62,385 nt of DNA from an uncultured Gammaproteobacteria bacterium. Its GTDB lineage: Bacteria > Patescibacteriota > Patescibacteriia > Magasanikbacterales > GWA2-37-8. Location of the stretch: assembly GCA_964482695.1 (NCBI GenBank), contig CAYZYP010000004.1:1-62385 (forward strand). Reading direction: 5' to 3'. Each line of letters opens with the position of its first letter. Positions within the stretch are counted from its first letter, which is position 1. The notes under the pieces are model-generated. The model saw only the letters and a program-made list of their open reading frames with translations, was not told the DNA's origin and did not search any database. The translations under genes and the position numbers were made by a program. Positions 35,528-45,649 of the stretch are shown one piece after another.

Positions 35528-36796
35528 ATGATCACGCAAAAGCAAAAAGGAGACGCGAAGGTTCAAGCCGACGCCTATAGCGGCGCTTTAAAACAATTGG
35601 AAAAGGTCAACAAAAGCATTAATTTAGAGGTAAATATTTATGAACAATTAAAATCACCGCATCGAGTTATCCAAGTTTCAATACCGGTTAAAATGGATAA
35701 TGGCCAAGTAAAAGTTTTCAAAGGGTATCGCTCACAATTTAATAATGCTCGCGGCCCGTACAAAGGTGGTATTCGTTTTCACCCAGAGGTAAACGAATCC
35801 GAAGTAAAAGCCCTAAGCATGTGGATGACTTGGAAATGCGCGGTTGTTGATATTCCACTTGGCGGCGGCAAAGGCGGGGTAATTGTTAATCCTAAAGAAT
35901 TAAGCGTTAGCGAATTAGAAAAACTGTCTCGCGGCTATATGCGCGCCGTTGCCAAATTTATTGGCCCTAATTTAGACATACCAGCCCCAGACGTTTATAC
36001 TGATCCACGAATTATGGGTTGGATGTTAGATGAATACGAAAAAATAGTTGGGTTTCACGCTCCAGGAGTTATAACCGGTAAACCATTAAGTATTGGTGGT
36101 TCAAAAGGGCGTGGTTATTCTACTGCCCAAGGTGGCTATTATGTATTAAACGAAGCGGCTAAAAAATTAAAAATAAAAGAAGGTTCTGACGTGGTTATTC
36201 AAGGTTTTGGCAATGCCGGGGCAAATATGGCAAAAATAGTTAGTGAAAATGGCTATAAGGTAGTAGCTGTAAGCGATTCCAGAGGCGCGGTACAAAATTC
36301 AAAAGGTTTGGATATTAATGCTTTGTTAAAACACAAAGAAAAAACCGGCGGTGTAACTAATTTTAGCGGCGGGAAAAATTTAATTAGTGATATTTTGGAA
36401 CAAGAAGTAAAAGTTTTGGTTTTAGCTGCTTTAGAAAATGCTGTTACTTTGGATAATGTTAACAAAATTAAGGCGCCGTTAGTTATTGAATTAGCCAATG
36501 GCCCGATTAATTTAGATGCTGACGAAGTTTTGGCTAAAAAAAATATTACTGTTGTACCAGATATTTTGGCCAATGCCGGCGGTGTGGGCGTTAGTTATTT
36601 AGAACAAACACAAAACGCGTATAATTATTATTGGTCCGAGAGCCATGTTTTAGAAGAACTACAAAAAATGATGATCAAAGCCTTTGACGAGGTTTGGACA
36701 AAAAAAGAACAATACAAGACCGATGTCCGCATGGGCGCTTATGCCTTGGCTGTAGAACGCGTGGCGCAGTCCATGAGAGATAGAGGGTGGACTTAA
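35528..36796 (+). CDS. gdhA: glutamate dehydrogenase (Glu/Leu/Phe/Val dehydrogenase family)
   Basis: 422 aa with 'GPYKGGIRFHP', 'PLGGGKGGV' and a 'GFGNAGANMA' Rossmann motif. Confidence 0.88.
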   Translation: MITQKQKGDAKVQADAYSGALKQLEKVNKSINLEVNIYEQLKSPHRVIQVSIPVKMDNGQVKVFKGYRSQFNNARGPYKGGIRFHPEVNESEVKALSMWMTWKCAVVDIPLGGGKGGVIVNPKELSVSELEKLSRGYMRAVAKFIGPNLDIPAPDVYTDPRIMGWMLDEYEKIVGFHAPGVITGKPLSIGGSKGRGYSTAQGGYYVLNEAAKKLKIKEGSDVVIQGFGNAGANMAKIVSENGYKVVAVSDSRGAVQNSKGLDINALLKHKEKTGGVTNFSGGKNLISDILEQEVKVLVLAALENAVTLDNVNKIKAPLVIELANGPINLDADEVLAKKNITVVPDILANAGGVGVSYLEQTQNAYNYYWSESHVLEELQKMMIKAFDEVWTKKEQYKTDVRMGAYALAVERVAQSMRDRGWT

Positions 36797-36805
36797 AAAT
36801 ATTTT

Positions 36806-37507
36806 ATGTTATCTTCTTTTTGGCACATATTTCTTTACCAGCCAGTTTTCAACGCCTTGATTTGGATTTATACCAATATAGCAAATTTTAATTTAGGCTG
36901 GGCGGTAGTGTGGTTAACAATTTTTTTGCGTTTAATTTTACTTCCACTTACTTTTATATCCGAACGCGACGCTGTTAAACAAGAAAAAGTAAGAGAAGAA
37001 GCAGAAAAAACAGCCTTGTCCTTTAAAAACGATCCGGTTGCTCGCAAAGAAGAAATAAGGCGTATAATGAAGAAAAATCGCATTTCTCCTTGGGCCAAAG
37101 TATTAACTCTGGGTATTCAATTATTAGTGTTAGTTTTACTTTACCAAGTGTTTGTGGGTGGCATAACTGGCCAAAAGATGTATAAAAATTTATATTCATT
37201 TATTGATTTTCCAGGCAAGGTAAATATTGATTTTTACGGTTTTGATATAGGGAAAAGACATGATAGTTTTTGGGCAGGGATATCAGCAGTTTACATTTTT
37301 GCCTATATTTTTTGGACCAATCGCCATGACAAGAGTTGGGAAGTTTCTAAAGCCGCTTATTTAGTGCTTTTTCCACTTTTTACTTTTTTTGCTTTGTGGC
37401 TGTTACCAATGGTAAAATCCCTTTTTATTTTGACTTCTATGATATTTTCTGATATAATAAGCGTATTCAGGCTGATTTTTTTTCCAGCCAAAAAAGTTAA
37501 ACATTAA
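36806..37507 (+). CDS. yidC: membrane protein insertase YidC (short form)
   Basis: 233 aa. 'GWAVVWLTIFLRLILLPLT' is followed by a charged loop and further TM segments. Confidence 0.75.
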   Translation: MLSSFWHIFLYQPVFNALIWIYTNIANFNLGWAVVWLTIFLRLILLPLTFISERDAVKQEKVREEAEKTALSFKNDPVARKEEIRRIMKKNRISPWAKVLTLGIQLLVLVLLYQVFVGGITGQKMYKNLYSFIDFPGKVNIDFYGFDIGKRHDSFWAGISAVYIFAYIFWTNRHDKSWEVSKAAYLVLFPLFTFFALWLLPMVKSLFILTSMIFSDIISVFRLIFFPAKKVKH

Positions 37508-37512
37508 AAAAT

Positions 37513-38085
37513 ATGTCCGCTGACTCACTAGACAAATTAATGTACTCGTTCGTCATGGACGATGTTTTAAAAGGTATTTTTATTAACGTGCCACCTGGTT
37601 ACGTGGCTTGTGTTTATGATTTAGGCAGGGGAGTGCTAAAAAAAGTTTTAACCCCAGGCTTGCATTTAAAAATTCCTTTTTGGCAAAAAGCAAAATTATT
37701 TAATACACAGACACTGGAATATAGCATTTCTCGCCAATTTAATTTAGATCACGAAAAAGCTTTGGGCGATGTGCCTATAGCGGCAATTACCCAAGACAGC
37801 CAACGAGTAGCAGTAGAAGGTACTATCTTATTACGTTTAGATGTACATCAAATACCATCTATTTGGCAGACTATTGGCGAGGATTTTGTTGCAAAAATTG
37901 TTCGCCCAACTATTCGTAGTCGTGTGCGAATGGTGTTTAGCCATTTTGATTATCAGGATATAATTACTGCCAAACGTGATACAGTAGAAATGGAATTAAA
38001 AAATGAATTAGAAAGGATATTTTACGCGCGGGGAATATACGTAGAAAATGTCTTGCTTAGTGAAATCGGCAGAATCGCGGCGTAA
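37513..38085 (+). CDS. SPFH/band-7 (prohibitin-like) domain protein
   Basis: 190 aa. The pattern 'GLHLKIPFWQKA...ITQDSQRVAVEGTILLRL' is typical of SPFH. Confidence 0.65.
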   Translation: MSADSLDKLMYSFVMDDVLKGIFINVPPGYVACVYDLGRGVLKKVLTPGLHLKIPFWQKAKLFNTQTLEYSISRQFNLDHEKALGDVPIAAITQDSQRVAVEGTILLRLDVHQIPSIWQTIGEDFVAKIVRPTIRSRVRMVFSHFDYQDIITAKRDTVEMELKNELERIFYARGIYVENVLLSEIGRIAA

Positions 38086-38132
38086 GTAAAAGCTGGGTGA
38101 AAAGCCCAGTTTTAAATTTAAATTATATATCT

Positions 38133-39299
38133 ATGCGTATTGCCATGATCGGCCTAAAGGGCATTCCATTTAGCGAAGATGGTGGCGGAGTGGAAAGACA
38201 CGTAGAAGAATTGTCTACTAGATTAATAAAACTTGGCCATGAAGTGATTGTTTATGTTCGCCCAAGATTCACAGAAAAAGGATTAACAATGTATCAGGGG
38301 ATTGAATTAATAAGTACACCTTCGGTATCTACAAAAAATTTGGATACCATTACCCATACTTTTTTTTCTGTTTTGAATGTTTTATCGCAAAAAGTAGATA
38401 TTGTTCATTTTCATGGAGTTGGACCTTCGACATTGGCTTGGTTAGTTAGAATTTTTAAACCAAAGGCCAAAGTAGTGGTTACTTTTCATAGCATTGATCG
38501 TTTTCATAAGAAATGGGGTTTTTTTGGCCGGCTTTATTTGGCTTGGGGCGAGTGGACCGCTTGCCATTTTGCTCACCAGACAATTACTGTTTCGCGCGCT
38601 TTAGAACAGTATTGTTTGCACAGATTTAAAAAAGAAACTGTTTATATCCCCAATGGAGTTAGTTTGCGAAAACACAATTTGAATAGAGATAATAAAATAA
38701 AAATATTTGACATCGCCCGCGGTGAATATATCTTAACAGTGGCGCGTTTAGTTAAACACAAGGGCATCCATTATTTGATCCAAGCGTATAAAAAATTAGC
38801 AGAACATTTTGGCGCCGATGCGTCTAATTGGCCGGGCGGTATTAAACGTAAGTTGGTAATTGTTGGCGCGCCAAGCTATACCCACAATTATTTAGCCTAT
38901 TTAAAACAGTTGGCAGGTGAAAACAAAAATATTATTTTTGCTGGTTTCCAGGGCGGCGAAACATTAGCTCAATTATTCGCCAATGCCTATTTATATGTTC
39001 ACCCGTCCGAAGCAGAAGGTTTGTCTACTACTATTATAGAAGCCTTAAGTTATGGCAAATGTGTGTTGTCTAGCAATATTCCAGAGAATTTAGAAGTTTT
39101 AGATCATGGTGGCTATTCTTTTGAATCCAAAAATGTTAATGATTTGTTTGAAAAATTAGTTTATTTGTTTGATTTTGAAGAAGGGGTTAAACGCCGGGGT
39201 GAACATGGATTTGAGTTTGTTAAATCACACTTTGATTGGGAAAAGATAGTAAAAGATGTGGAAAAAGTATATAGCCAAGTAAGTAATAATTTGGCTTGA
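38133..39299 (+). CDS. GT4-family glycosyltransferase
   Basis: Start taken at ATG 38133 ('MRIAMIGLKGIP'), after a hairpin. 'GGVERHVEEL' and the C-terminal 'PSEAEGLSTTIIEALSYGKCVL' (E-x7-E) were seen. Confidence 0.8.
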   Translation: MRIAMIGLKGIPFSEDGGGVERHVEELSTRLIKLGHEVIVYVRPRFTEKGLTMYQGIELISTPSVSTKNLDTITHTFFSVLNVLSQKVDIVHFHGVGPSTLAWLVRIFKPKAKVVVTFHSIDRFHKKWGFFGRLYLAWGEWTACHFAHQTITVSRALEQYCLHRFKKETVYIPNGVSLRKHNLNRDNKIKIFDIARGEYILTVARLVKHKGIHYLIQAYKKLAEHFGADASNWPGGIKRKLVIVGAPSYTHNYLAYLKQLAGENKNIIFAGFQGGETLAQLFANAYLYVHPSEAEGLSTTIIEALSYGKCVLSSNIPENLEVLDHGGYSFESKNVNDLFEKLVYLFDFEEGVKRRGEHGFEFVKSHFDWEKIVKDVEKVYSQVSNNLA

Positions 39300-39350
39300 T
39301 TATCTTAATTATTTATGATAATATAGCGTGGCTTTAAAAGGCCATTTTTT

Positions 39351-42098
39351 ATGTCATTTTTAACTAAAATTTTCGGCGATCCTAATAAAAAAGTAATAGA
39401 AAGTCTTCAGCCGATTGTTGAAAAAATTAATTCTCTTGAGCCAGAGATGGAAAAATTAAATCTCGACCAATTACGCGAAAAAACCGCTATTTTTAAAGAT
39501 CGTTTAAACAAAGGCGAAACTTTAGATAATATTCTGCCAGAAGCTTTCGCGGTTGTTAGAGAAACTTCCAAACGTCTAACTGGCATGCGCCATTATGATG
39601 TCCAGCTAGTTGGCGGTATAGTGCTTCATCGTGGCCAGATATCTGAAATGCGTACTGGTGAAGGTAAAACTTTGGTAGCCACTTTGCCAATATATCTAAA
39701 CGCCTTAACTGGTCGTGGTGTGCATTTGGTTACTGTTAACGATTATTTGGCCAAGCGCGACGCTGTTTGGATGGGGCAGATTTATAGCGCTTTGGGTTTA
39801 AGTGTTGGTATTATACAACAGCAAATGGGTTCTTTTAAACTTAAAAATTCAACAAGTAATAAAGAAAATAAACAAAATTCAGAAGAACAAAATCAAAATT
39901 CCGAACAAGGTGTTTTTAAAGTAGAGAATGAATTTTTAGAAAATTGTACTCGCCAAGAAGCCTATAATTGCGATATTACTTATGGTACTAACAATGAATT
40001 TGGTTTTGATTATTTACGCGATAACATGGTTGGTGCTTTGGAACAAATGTCGCAAAGGCCTTTTTATTATGCCATAGTAGACGAAGTAGATTCTATTTTA
40101 ATAGATGAAGCTCGTACCCCACTGATAATTTCCGCTCCAGCCGAAAAAGCCACAGATAAGTATTACAAATTCGCTGAATTAACCAGACGTTTAAAAGAAA
40201 ACGAAGATTATAATGTAGACGAAAAAATGAGATCTGCCACTTTGTCGGAAGTTGGAATAAATAAAATGGAAAAATGGTTAGGAGTAGAAAATATTTACGC
40301 CGAAGGTGGAATTTCGACAGTCCATCACGTAGAACAAGCTTTGCGCGCGCAAACATTATTTCAACGGGATCGTGATTATATTATAGAAAATGGTGAAATA
40401 ATAATTGTTGATGAATTTACTGGTCGTAAAATGCCCGGCAGGCGTTATAGCGAAGGTTTACATCAAGCTATAGAAGCCAAAGAAAACGTCGATATTCAAC
40501 AAGAAAGTCAAACCATGGCAACAATTACTTTTCAGAATTATTTTCGTATGTACAAAAAGTTGGCTGGTATGACTGGCACGGCAGTAACCGAAGCCGAAGA
40601 GTTTGGTAAAATTTACAATTTAGAAGTAGTGGTTGTCCCTACTGATAAAACTAGCCAGAGAATAGATTATCCAGATAGAATTTATAAAACAGAAGAAGCA
40701 AAATTTAAAGCGATTGTCCAAAAAGTTAAAGAATCACAAGCCAAAGGCCAGCCAGTTTTAATCGGTACTGTTTCTGTAGACAAAAACGAGCTATTAAGCG
40801 AATATTTAAACCAAGAAGGAGTTTTGCACGAAATTTTAAATGCCAAAAACCATGAGCGTGAAGGAGAAATTATCGCTCAAGCTGGCCGAGCCGGCAAGGT
40901 TACTTTAGCAACCAATATGGCTGGTCGAGGCGTTGACATTATTCTTGGTGGTAATCCTCCAGATAAAACAGAAGCAGAAAAGGTAAAAATGGCTGGCGGT
41001 TTATTAGTAATTGGTACTGAACGCCATGAAAGTAGGCGTATAGACAACCAACTACGCGGTCGTTCTGGCCGTCAAGGCGATCATGGCCAATCACAGTTTT
41101 ATCTTTCAACCGAAGATGATTTAATGCGTATTTTTGCCGGCGATCGCATTCGCAACGTAATGAATACGCTTCGTGTGCCCGACGATATGCCAATAGAACA
41201 AAAAGCTATTACTCGAATTATCCAGTCCGCGCAAAGTAAAGTTGAAGGCATTCATTTTGACACAAGAAAACACTTATTAGAATATGATGATGTTTTAAAT
41301 CGCCATCGCGAGGTTATTTACGGCAAAAGACGCGAAGTGCTGGATGTTTATGCCAAACAAAAACAAGCTAACGAAAATATAGACAAAACCTTGCGCCAAA
41401 TAATTTTGGGAATGATTGAACAGGAATTAGAACAAATAGTTTCTTTTCATACCAACAGCGAAGCAAAAGAGGATTGGGATATAAAAGAAATCAGTGAATC
41501 GGTTGTTACTATTTTCCCAGTAATATCCACAGAAAAAGATAAAATAGCCGAATTTACCAAATCAATTGGACAAGAAAAAATAGACGAAATTACAGCTCGT
41601 ACCAACATTATTGAATATTTAGTTTCTTTGTCAAAACAAAAATACGAAGAATTGTTAGTAAAACAAGTACCAGATCAAAATATATTGCTAGAAATAGAAA
41701 AACAGGTTTTATTGCGAGCAATTGATAATTTGTGGATAGATCATTTAGTAGCAGTTGATTATTTACGTACAGGTATTGGTTTGCGTGGTTATGGCCAACA
41801 CGATCCTTTGGTAGAATACAAGAAAGAAACTTTTCACATGTTCAATGAGTTATTAAGTCTTATTCAAAAAGAGGTTGTTTATTTAATTTATAAAGTAAAT
41901 ATAGGCATTCAATTAGCGCCGTCTATTATGGCCAAAGAAAATATGATTTTAAAGGGTGCGGAAAAAACCACTGGCGAGGGTAATCAGCAATTAAATTCTA
42001 ATAATAAACAGCGCGATGCCAGTGGCAATAAGATAGGTCGCAACGATCCTTGCCTGTGTGGAAGCGGCAAAAAGTTTAAGCGCTGTTGCGGAACGTAA
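39351..42098 (+). CDS. secA: preprotein translocase ATPase SecA
   Basis: 915 aa with 'MRTGEGKTLVATL', 'DEVDSILIDEARTPLIIS', 'TNMAGRGVDI' and the C-terminal zinc motif 'CLCGSGKKFKRCCG'. Confidence 0.95.
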   Translation: MSFLTKIFGDPNKKVIESLQPIVEKINSLEPEMEKLNLDQLREKTAIFKDRLNKGETLDNILPEAFAVVRETSKRLTGMRHYDVQLVGGIVLHRGQISEMRTGEGKTLVATLPIYLNALTGRGVHLVTVNDYLAKRDAVWMGQIYSALGLSVGIIQQQMGSFKLKNSTSNKENKQNSEEQNQNSEQGVFKVENEFLENCTRQEAYNCDITYGTNNEFGFDYLRDNMVGALEQMSQRPFYYAIVDEVDSILIDEARTPLIISAPAEKATDKYYKFAELTRRLKENEDYNVDEKMRSATLSEVGINKMEKWLGVENIYAEGGISTVHHVEQALRAQTLFQRDRDYIIENGEIIIVDEFTGRKMPGRRYSEGLHQAIEAKENVDIQQESQTMATITFQNYFRMYKKLAGMTGTAVTEAEEFGKIYNLEVVVVPTDKTSQRIDYPDRIYKTEEAKFKAIVQKVKESQAKGQPVLIGTVSVDKNELLSEYLNQEGVLHEILNAKNHEREGEIIAQAGRAGKVTLATNMAGRGVDIILGGNPPDKTEAEKVKMAGGLLVIGTERHESRRIDNQLRGRSGRQGDHGQSQFYLSTEDDLMRIFAGDRIRNVMNTLRVPDDMPIEQKAITRIIQSAQSKVEGIHFDTRKHLLEYDDVLNRHREVIYGKRREVLDVYAKQKQANENIDKTLRQIILGMIEQELEQIVSFHTNSEAKEDWDIKEISESVVTIFPVISTEKDKIAEFTKSIGQEKIDEITARTNIIEYLVSLSKQKYEELLVKQVPDQNILLEIEKQVLLRAIDNLWIDHLVAVDYLRTGIGLRGYGQHDPLVEYKKETFHMFNELLSLIQKEVVYLIYKVNIGIQLAPSIMAKENMILKGAEKTTGEGNQQLNSNNKQRDASGNKIGRNDPCLCGSGKKFKRCCGT

Positions 42099-42145
42099 AT
42101 TATCCACTTGCTTTTTTTAATGAAAAGAGTAAAATTAACCACCAA

Positions 42146-42310
42146 CGAACTCATTTAGGATTTTCTATTTAACGCCTCATACATACTGATTTTTTTCCGC
42201 CAAAACTCGTCCCGCCTTTGGCGGGACTTCGCCCCCTCGGGGGTTTCCATTGGCGAAAAAAATCAGTATATATTTTGGCTTAAAATATAACAAAACACTA
42301 AATGAGTTAA
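42146..42310. mobile_element. MITE-like element B (same termini as element A, in inverted orientation)
   Basis: Termini CGAACTCATTTAGG (42146-42159) and ACTAAATGAGTTAA (42297-42310) share an 11-nt perfect inverted core. Inner 20-21-nt arms span 42183-42269 around TCCCGCC-TTTG-GCGGGA. Confidence 0.5.
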
Positions 42311-42339
42311 ATAAGATTATCTTGAAATTTAAATTATAT

Positions 42340-44412
42340 ATGTCAAATAAACGTCCTCAAGTAAGACAGGCTACTAAAAAACAGGTAAAATTAAGGGTAT
42401 TAGGCGCGGCTGTTTTGGCAATTTTAAGTCTAGTGGCAGTTTTCCCTAATAAAATTAATATTGGTATTAATTGGGTAAATAAAAAGACTAATTTAGGCGT
42501 GCCAGCCTTGCCAAGCAAAGGTTTTAATTTGGGTTTGGATTTACAAGGCGGAGCGCATCTGATTTATCAAGCCGACACCACTGTAGTAGAAGCCAAAGAT
42601 CAGGCTAGTTCGGTAGAAGGCGTGCGTGACGTAATTGAAAGGCGCGTAAGAGGAGGCCTTGGAGTGGCCGAACCATTGGTGCAGACTACCAAAGTAGGAA
42701 ATGATTATCGGGTTATAGTTGAATTACCAGGGGTTCAGGATGTTTCCAAAGCAATTAAAATGATAGGTGAAACACCATCTTTGGAATTTAAAGAAGAAAA
42801 TAACGCTCCAGCCAGAGAATTAACAGCCGAAGAAAAGAAACAATTGGCTGATTATAACAAAAAAGCAGAAAATAAAGCCAAAGAAGCCTTAAATGAAGTT
42901 AACAAGCCAGGAGCTGATTTTGCTAAGTTAGCTGTAAAATATACCGAAGACGAACAATCAAAAAATAATAATGGTGATTTGGGTTTTATAGACGACAGTA
43001 TCTATCCAGAATTATATGCTTGGGCCAATCAGCGCAAAGATGGCGAAGTGAGTAAAGATTTAGTAAAAAGTAGCACAGGTTTAAACATAGTTAAAAAAAT
43101 TTCTTCGCAGGATGGCGAAACAGAATATTCTGCCGCTCATTTACTTGTTTGTTATAAAGGAGCGCAGATGTGCGATAATCCTAAATATTTAACAAAAGAC
43201 GAAGCAAAAAATAAAATTACCGAAATTAAAAAAGAAATAACTGCTAAAAATTTTACTGATTTAGTTAAAAAGTATTCTACCGAACCGAGCGCCACAACCA
43301 CTGGTGGTAATTTAGGTTGGTTTAAAAAAGGGGACATGGTGTCTGAATTTGAAAACAAAGTTGTTGCCATGGCTACAGGCACTATTTCCGATATGGTAGA
43401 AACTCAATTTGGTTATCATTTAATTTATAAAAAAGATGAACGAAAAGCAAAAAATTATCAAGTGGCAAGGATATTTGTAAAAACAAAACAAGCGACAGAT
43501 ATTGTCCCTCCGGCCGAACAATGGAAAAGCACCGGCTTATCCGGTAAACAATTAAAAAGAGCCGAGGTTCTCCAAGATCAGCAAAACGGTCAGATTCAAG
43601 TTAGTTTGAATTTTGATTCTGATGGCACTAAGCTGTTTGCTGATATTACTACTCGCAATACAGGAAAACCAGTAGCGATTTTTTTAGATGGCGAAGCCAT
43701 TAGTGTGCCAAATGTAAACGAGCCGATACTTAGCGGCAGTGCCGTGATTACCGGTCGTTTTACCTTTAACGAAGCAAAATTATTAGCTCAACGTTTAAAT
43801 TCTGGCGCTTTGCCAGTGCCAATTAAATTGGTAGCCCAGCAAACCGTTGGCGCCACTCTTGGCTCTGATTCTTTAACCAAAAGTTTAAAAGCAGGATTAC
43901 TTGGTTTTTTGGCGGTCATATTATTTATGATATTATACTATCGCTTGCCCGGCATATTAGCTGTTTTGGCTTTGGGATTATACGCGGTATTAAGCCTAGC
44001 TATTTTCAAAATAATTGGCGTAACCTTAACTCTTTCCGGCATCGCTGGTTTTATATTATCTATTGGTATGGCAGTAGACGCCAATGTTCTTATTTTTGAG
44101 CGTCTAAAAGAAGAGTTGCGTTTAAAAAAGAGCTTGCGTTCTGGTTTAGAAGAATCATTTGTTCGTGCTTGGCCGTCTATCCGTGATAGTAATATTACCA
44201 CTTTAATTAGTTGTATGTTTTTAATTTGGTTGGGCGGTGGCTTTGTGCAGGGTTTTGCTGTAACTTTGGCCATAGGTGTTTTGGTTAGCATGTTTACAGC
44301 CATTACTATCACTAGGAATTTATTACGTTTTATTTGTCCTTGGTTTAAAGAAAATGGCAATTGGCTGTTTTGGGGATACACAAAACAAGAAATTCAAGAT
44401 CCTAAATCATAA
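42340..44412 (+). CDS. secD: SecD with a ~230-aa parvulin (PpiC-type PPIase) insertion in the periplasmic head
   Basis: Start taken at ATG 42340 because the track TTG start lies inside the repeat element. SecD blocks 'GLDLQGGAHL' and 'VIVELPGV' plus C-terminal TMs were seen. The insert has 'GGNLGWFKKGDMVSEFE...QFGYHLIY'. Confidence 0.85.
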   Translation: MSNKRPQVRQATKKQVKLRVLGAAVLAILSLVAVFPNKINIGINWVNKKTNLGVPALPSKGFNLGLDLQGGAHLIYQADTTVVEAKDQASSVEGVRDVIERRVRGGLGVAEPLVQTTKVGNDYRVIVELPGVQDVSKAIKMIGETPSLEFKEENNAPARELTAEEKKQLADYNKKAENKAKEALNEVNKPGADFAKLAVKYTEDEQSKNNNGDLGFIDDSIYPELYAWANQRKDGEVSKDLVKSSTGLNIVKKISSQDGETEYSAAHLLVCYKGAQMCDNPKYLTKDEAKNKITEIKKEITAKNFTDLVKKYSTEPSATTTGGNLGWFKKGDMVSEFENKVVAMATGTISDMVETQFGYHLIYKKDERKAKNYQVARIFVKTKQATDIVPPAEQWKSTGLSGKQLKRAEVLQDQQNGQIQVSLNFDSDGTKLFADITTRNTGKPVAIFLDGEAISVPNVNEPILSGSAVITGRFTFNEAKLLAQRLNSGALPVPIKLVAQQTVGATLGSDSLTKSLKAGLLGFLAVILFMILYYRLPGILAVLALGLYAVLSLAIFKIIGVTLTLSGIAGFILSIGMAVDANVLIFERLKEELRLKKSLRSGLEESFVRAWPSIRDSNITTLISCMFLIWLGGGFVQGFAVTLAIGVLVSMFTAITITRNLLRFICPWFKENGNWLFWGYTKQEIQDPKS

Positions 44413-44427
44413 ATTTGAAATTATTTT

Positions 44428-45333
44428 ATGAATATTCCTTTTATTAAATATTCCAAATTACTGTTAGTTGTAAGCGGTATAATAGTAGTTGTTAGCATTT
44501 TTTTCTTGTTTAAATGGGGTTTAAAACCAGGTATTGATTTTACCGGTGGCAGTTTAATGGAATTGTCTTTTAGTGAAAAAGTTCCAAAGAGCGAAGAAAT
44601 TTCGGCTATTTTTTCTGATAATAATTTAAAAGATGTTGTTCCGCAAAAGTCTGGCGAAAAATCATACATTGTGCGTACTAATTTTATCGACGAAGAAGCG
44701 CACCAGAAAATTTTAAAGCAAGCCAGAGATAAATATCAAAAAGATAAAAATTTAGTACGTGAAGAAAGATTTGAAACCATTGGTTCATCTGTTAGCCAAC
44801 AATTGCGTCGCCGTGCTATTTGGGCCATTATTTTTGTAAATTTAGGTATTATAGCTTATGTAGCTTACGCTTTTAGGCGCGTTTCTCGGCCAGTAGCCAG
44901 TTGGAAATATGGTGTTTTAGCCATTGTGGCTTTGGTGCATGATGTTTTATTAGTAATGGGTGTGTTTGCTATTTTAGGACATTATAGCGGCGTAGAAGTT
45001 GACATACCATTTGTGGTAGCGATTTTAACAGTACTAGGTTATTCTGTAAACGACACCATAGTAGTTTATGATCGTATTAGAGAAAATTTATTAAGACATA
45101 GCGCCGAGGCTTTTCCAGAAGTTGTCAATAACGGCTTAAATCAAACATTAATGCGTTCTATTAATACTACGACAAAAACCTTATTGCCATTATTAGCCTT
45201 GTATTTTTTTGGTGGAGTAACTATTCATAATTTTGTCTTAGCTTTGCTTATCGGTATTGCAAGTGGCGCTTATTCTTCTATATTTATTGCTAGTCCGCTA
45301 CTTGTTGTGGTAGAAAAGTGGCAAAAGAGATAA
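44428..45333 (+). CDS. secF: protein-export membrane protein SecF
   Basis: 301 aa with 'GIDFTGGSLMEL' and the 'LGYSVNDTIVVYDRIREN' SecF signature. Confidence 0.9.
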   Translation: MNIPFIKYSKLLLVVSGIIVVVSIFFLFKWGLKPGIDFTGGSLMELSFSEKVPKSEEISAIFSDNNLKDVVPQKSGEKSYIVRTNFIDEEAHQKILKQARDKYQKDKNLVREERFETIGSSVSQQLRRRAIWAIIFVNLGIIAYVAYAFRRVSRPVASWKYGVLAIVALVHDVLLVMGVFAILGHYSGVEVDIPFVVAILTVLGYSVNDTIVVYDRIRENLLRHSAEAFPEVVNNGLNQTLMRSINTTTKTLLPLLALYFFGGVTIHNFVLALLIGIASGAYSSIFIASPLLVVVEKWQKR

Positions 45334-45349
45334 AAATTTTGATTTTAAT

Positions 45350-45382
45350 ACAGGCTGGTGAAAAAACTAGCCTGTTTTTTTT
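45350..45382 (+). terminator. rho-independent terminator after secF
   Basis: ACAGGCTGG-loop-CTAGCCTGT followed by T8. Confidence 0.7.
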
Positions 45383-45473
45383 GCAAAAGGTGTGATATAA
45401 TTATAGTTATAAAGTTCACAAAGTACTAGAACTTTATAAATTTTATAACTTTTAACTTTATAACTAAAGTTTT

Positions 45474-45644
45474 ATGTCTGAATCATCTGTTCGCCACATG
45501 ATAGCGATTTTAGCTACTTTAATTTGTCTGATGGCTTATTATAGTGGGTACGTATCAGGAAAGTTCGGTTGGTGGTGGACGGTTTTTGGAATTTTGATAA
45601 TTTATGGCGCTGTATATAAAATTATTAATACCGGCGGCCATTAA
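45474..45644 (+). CDS. 56-aa two-TM membrane protein (below the ORF-track length cut-off)
   Basis: ATG 45474 to TAA 45642-45644 gives MSESSVRHMIAILATLICLMAYYSGYVSGKFGWWWTVFGILIIYGAVYKIINTGGH. It ends 5 nt before the next gene. Confidence 0.45.
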   Translation: MSESSVRHMIAILATLICLMAYYSGYVSGKFGWWWTVFGILIIYGAVYKIINTGGH

Positions 45645-45649
45645 ATTTT

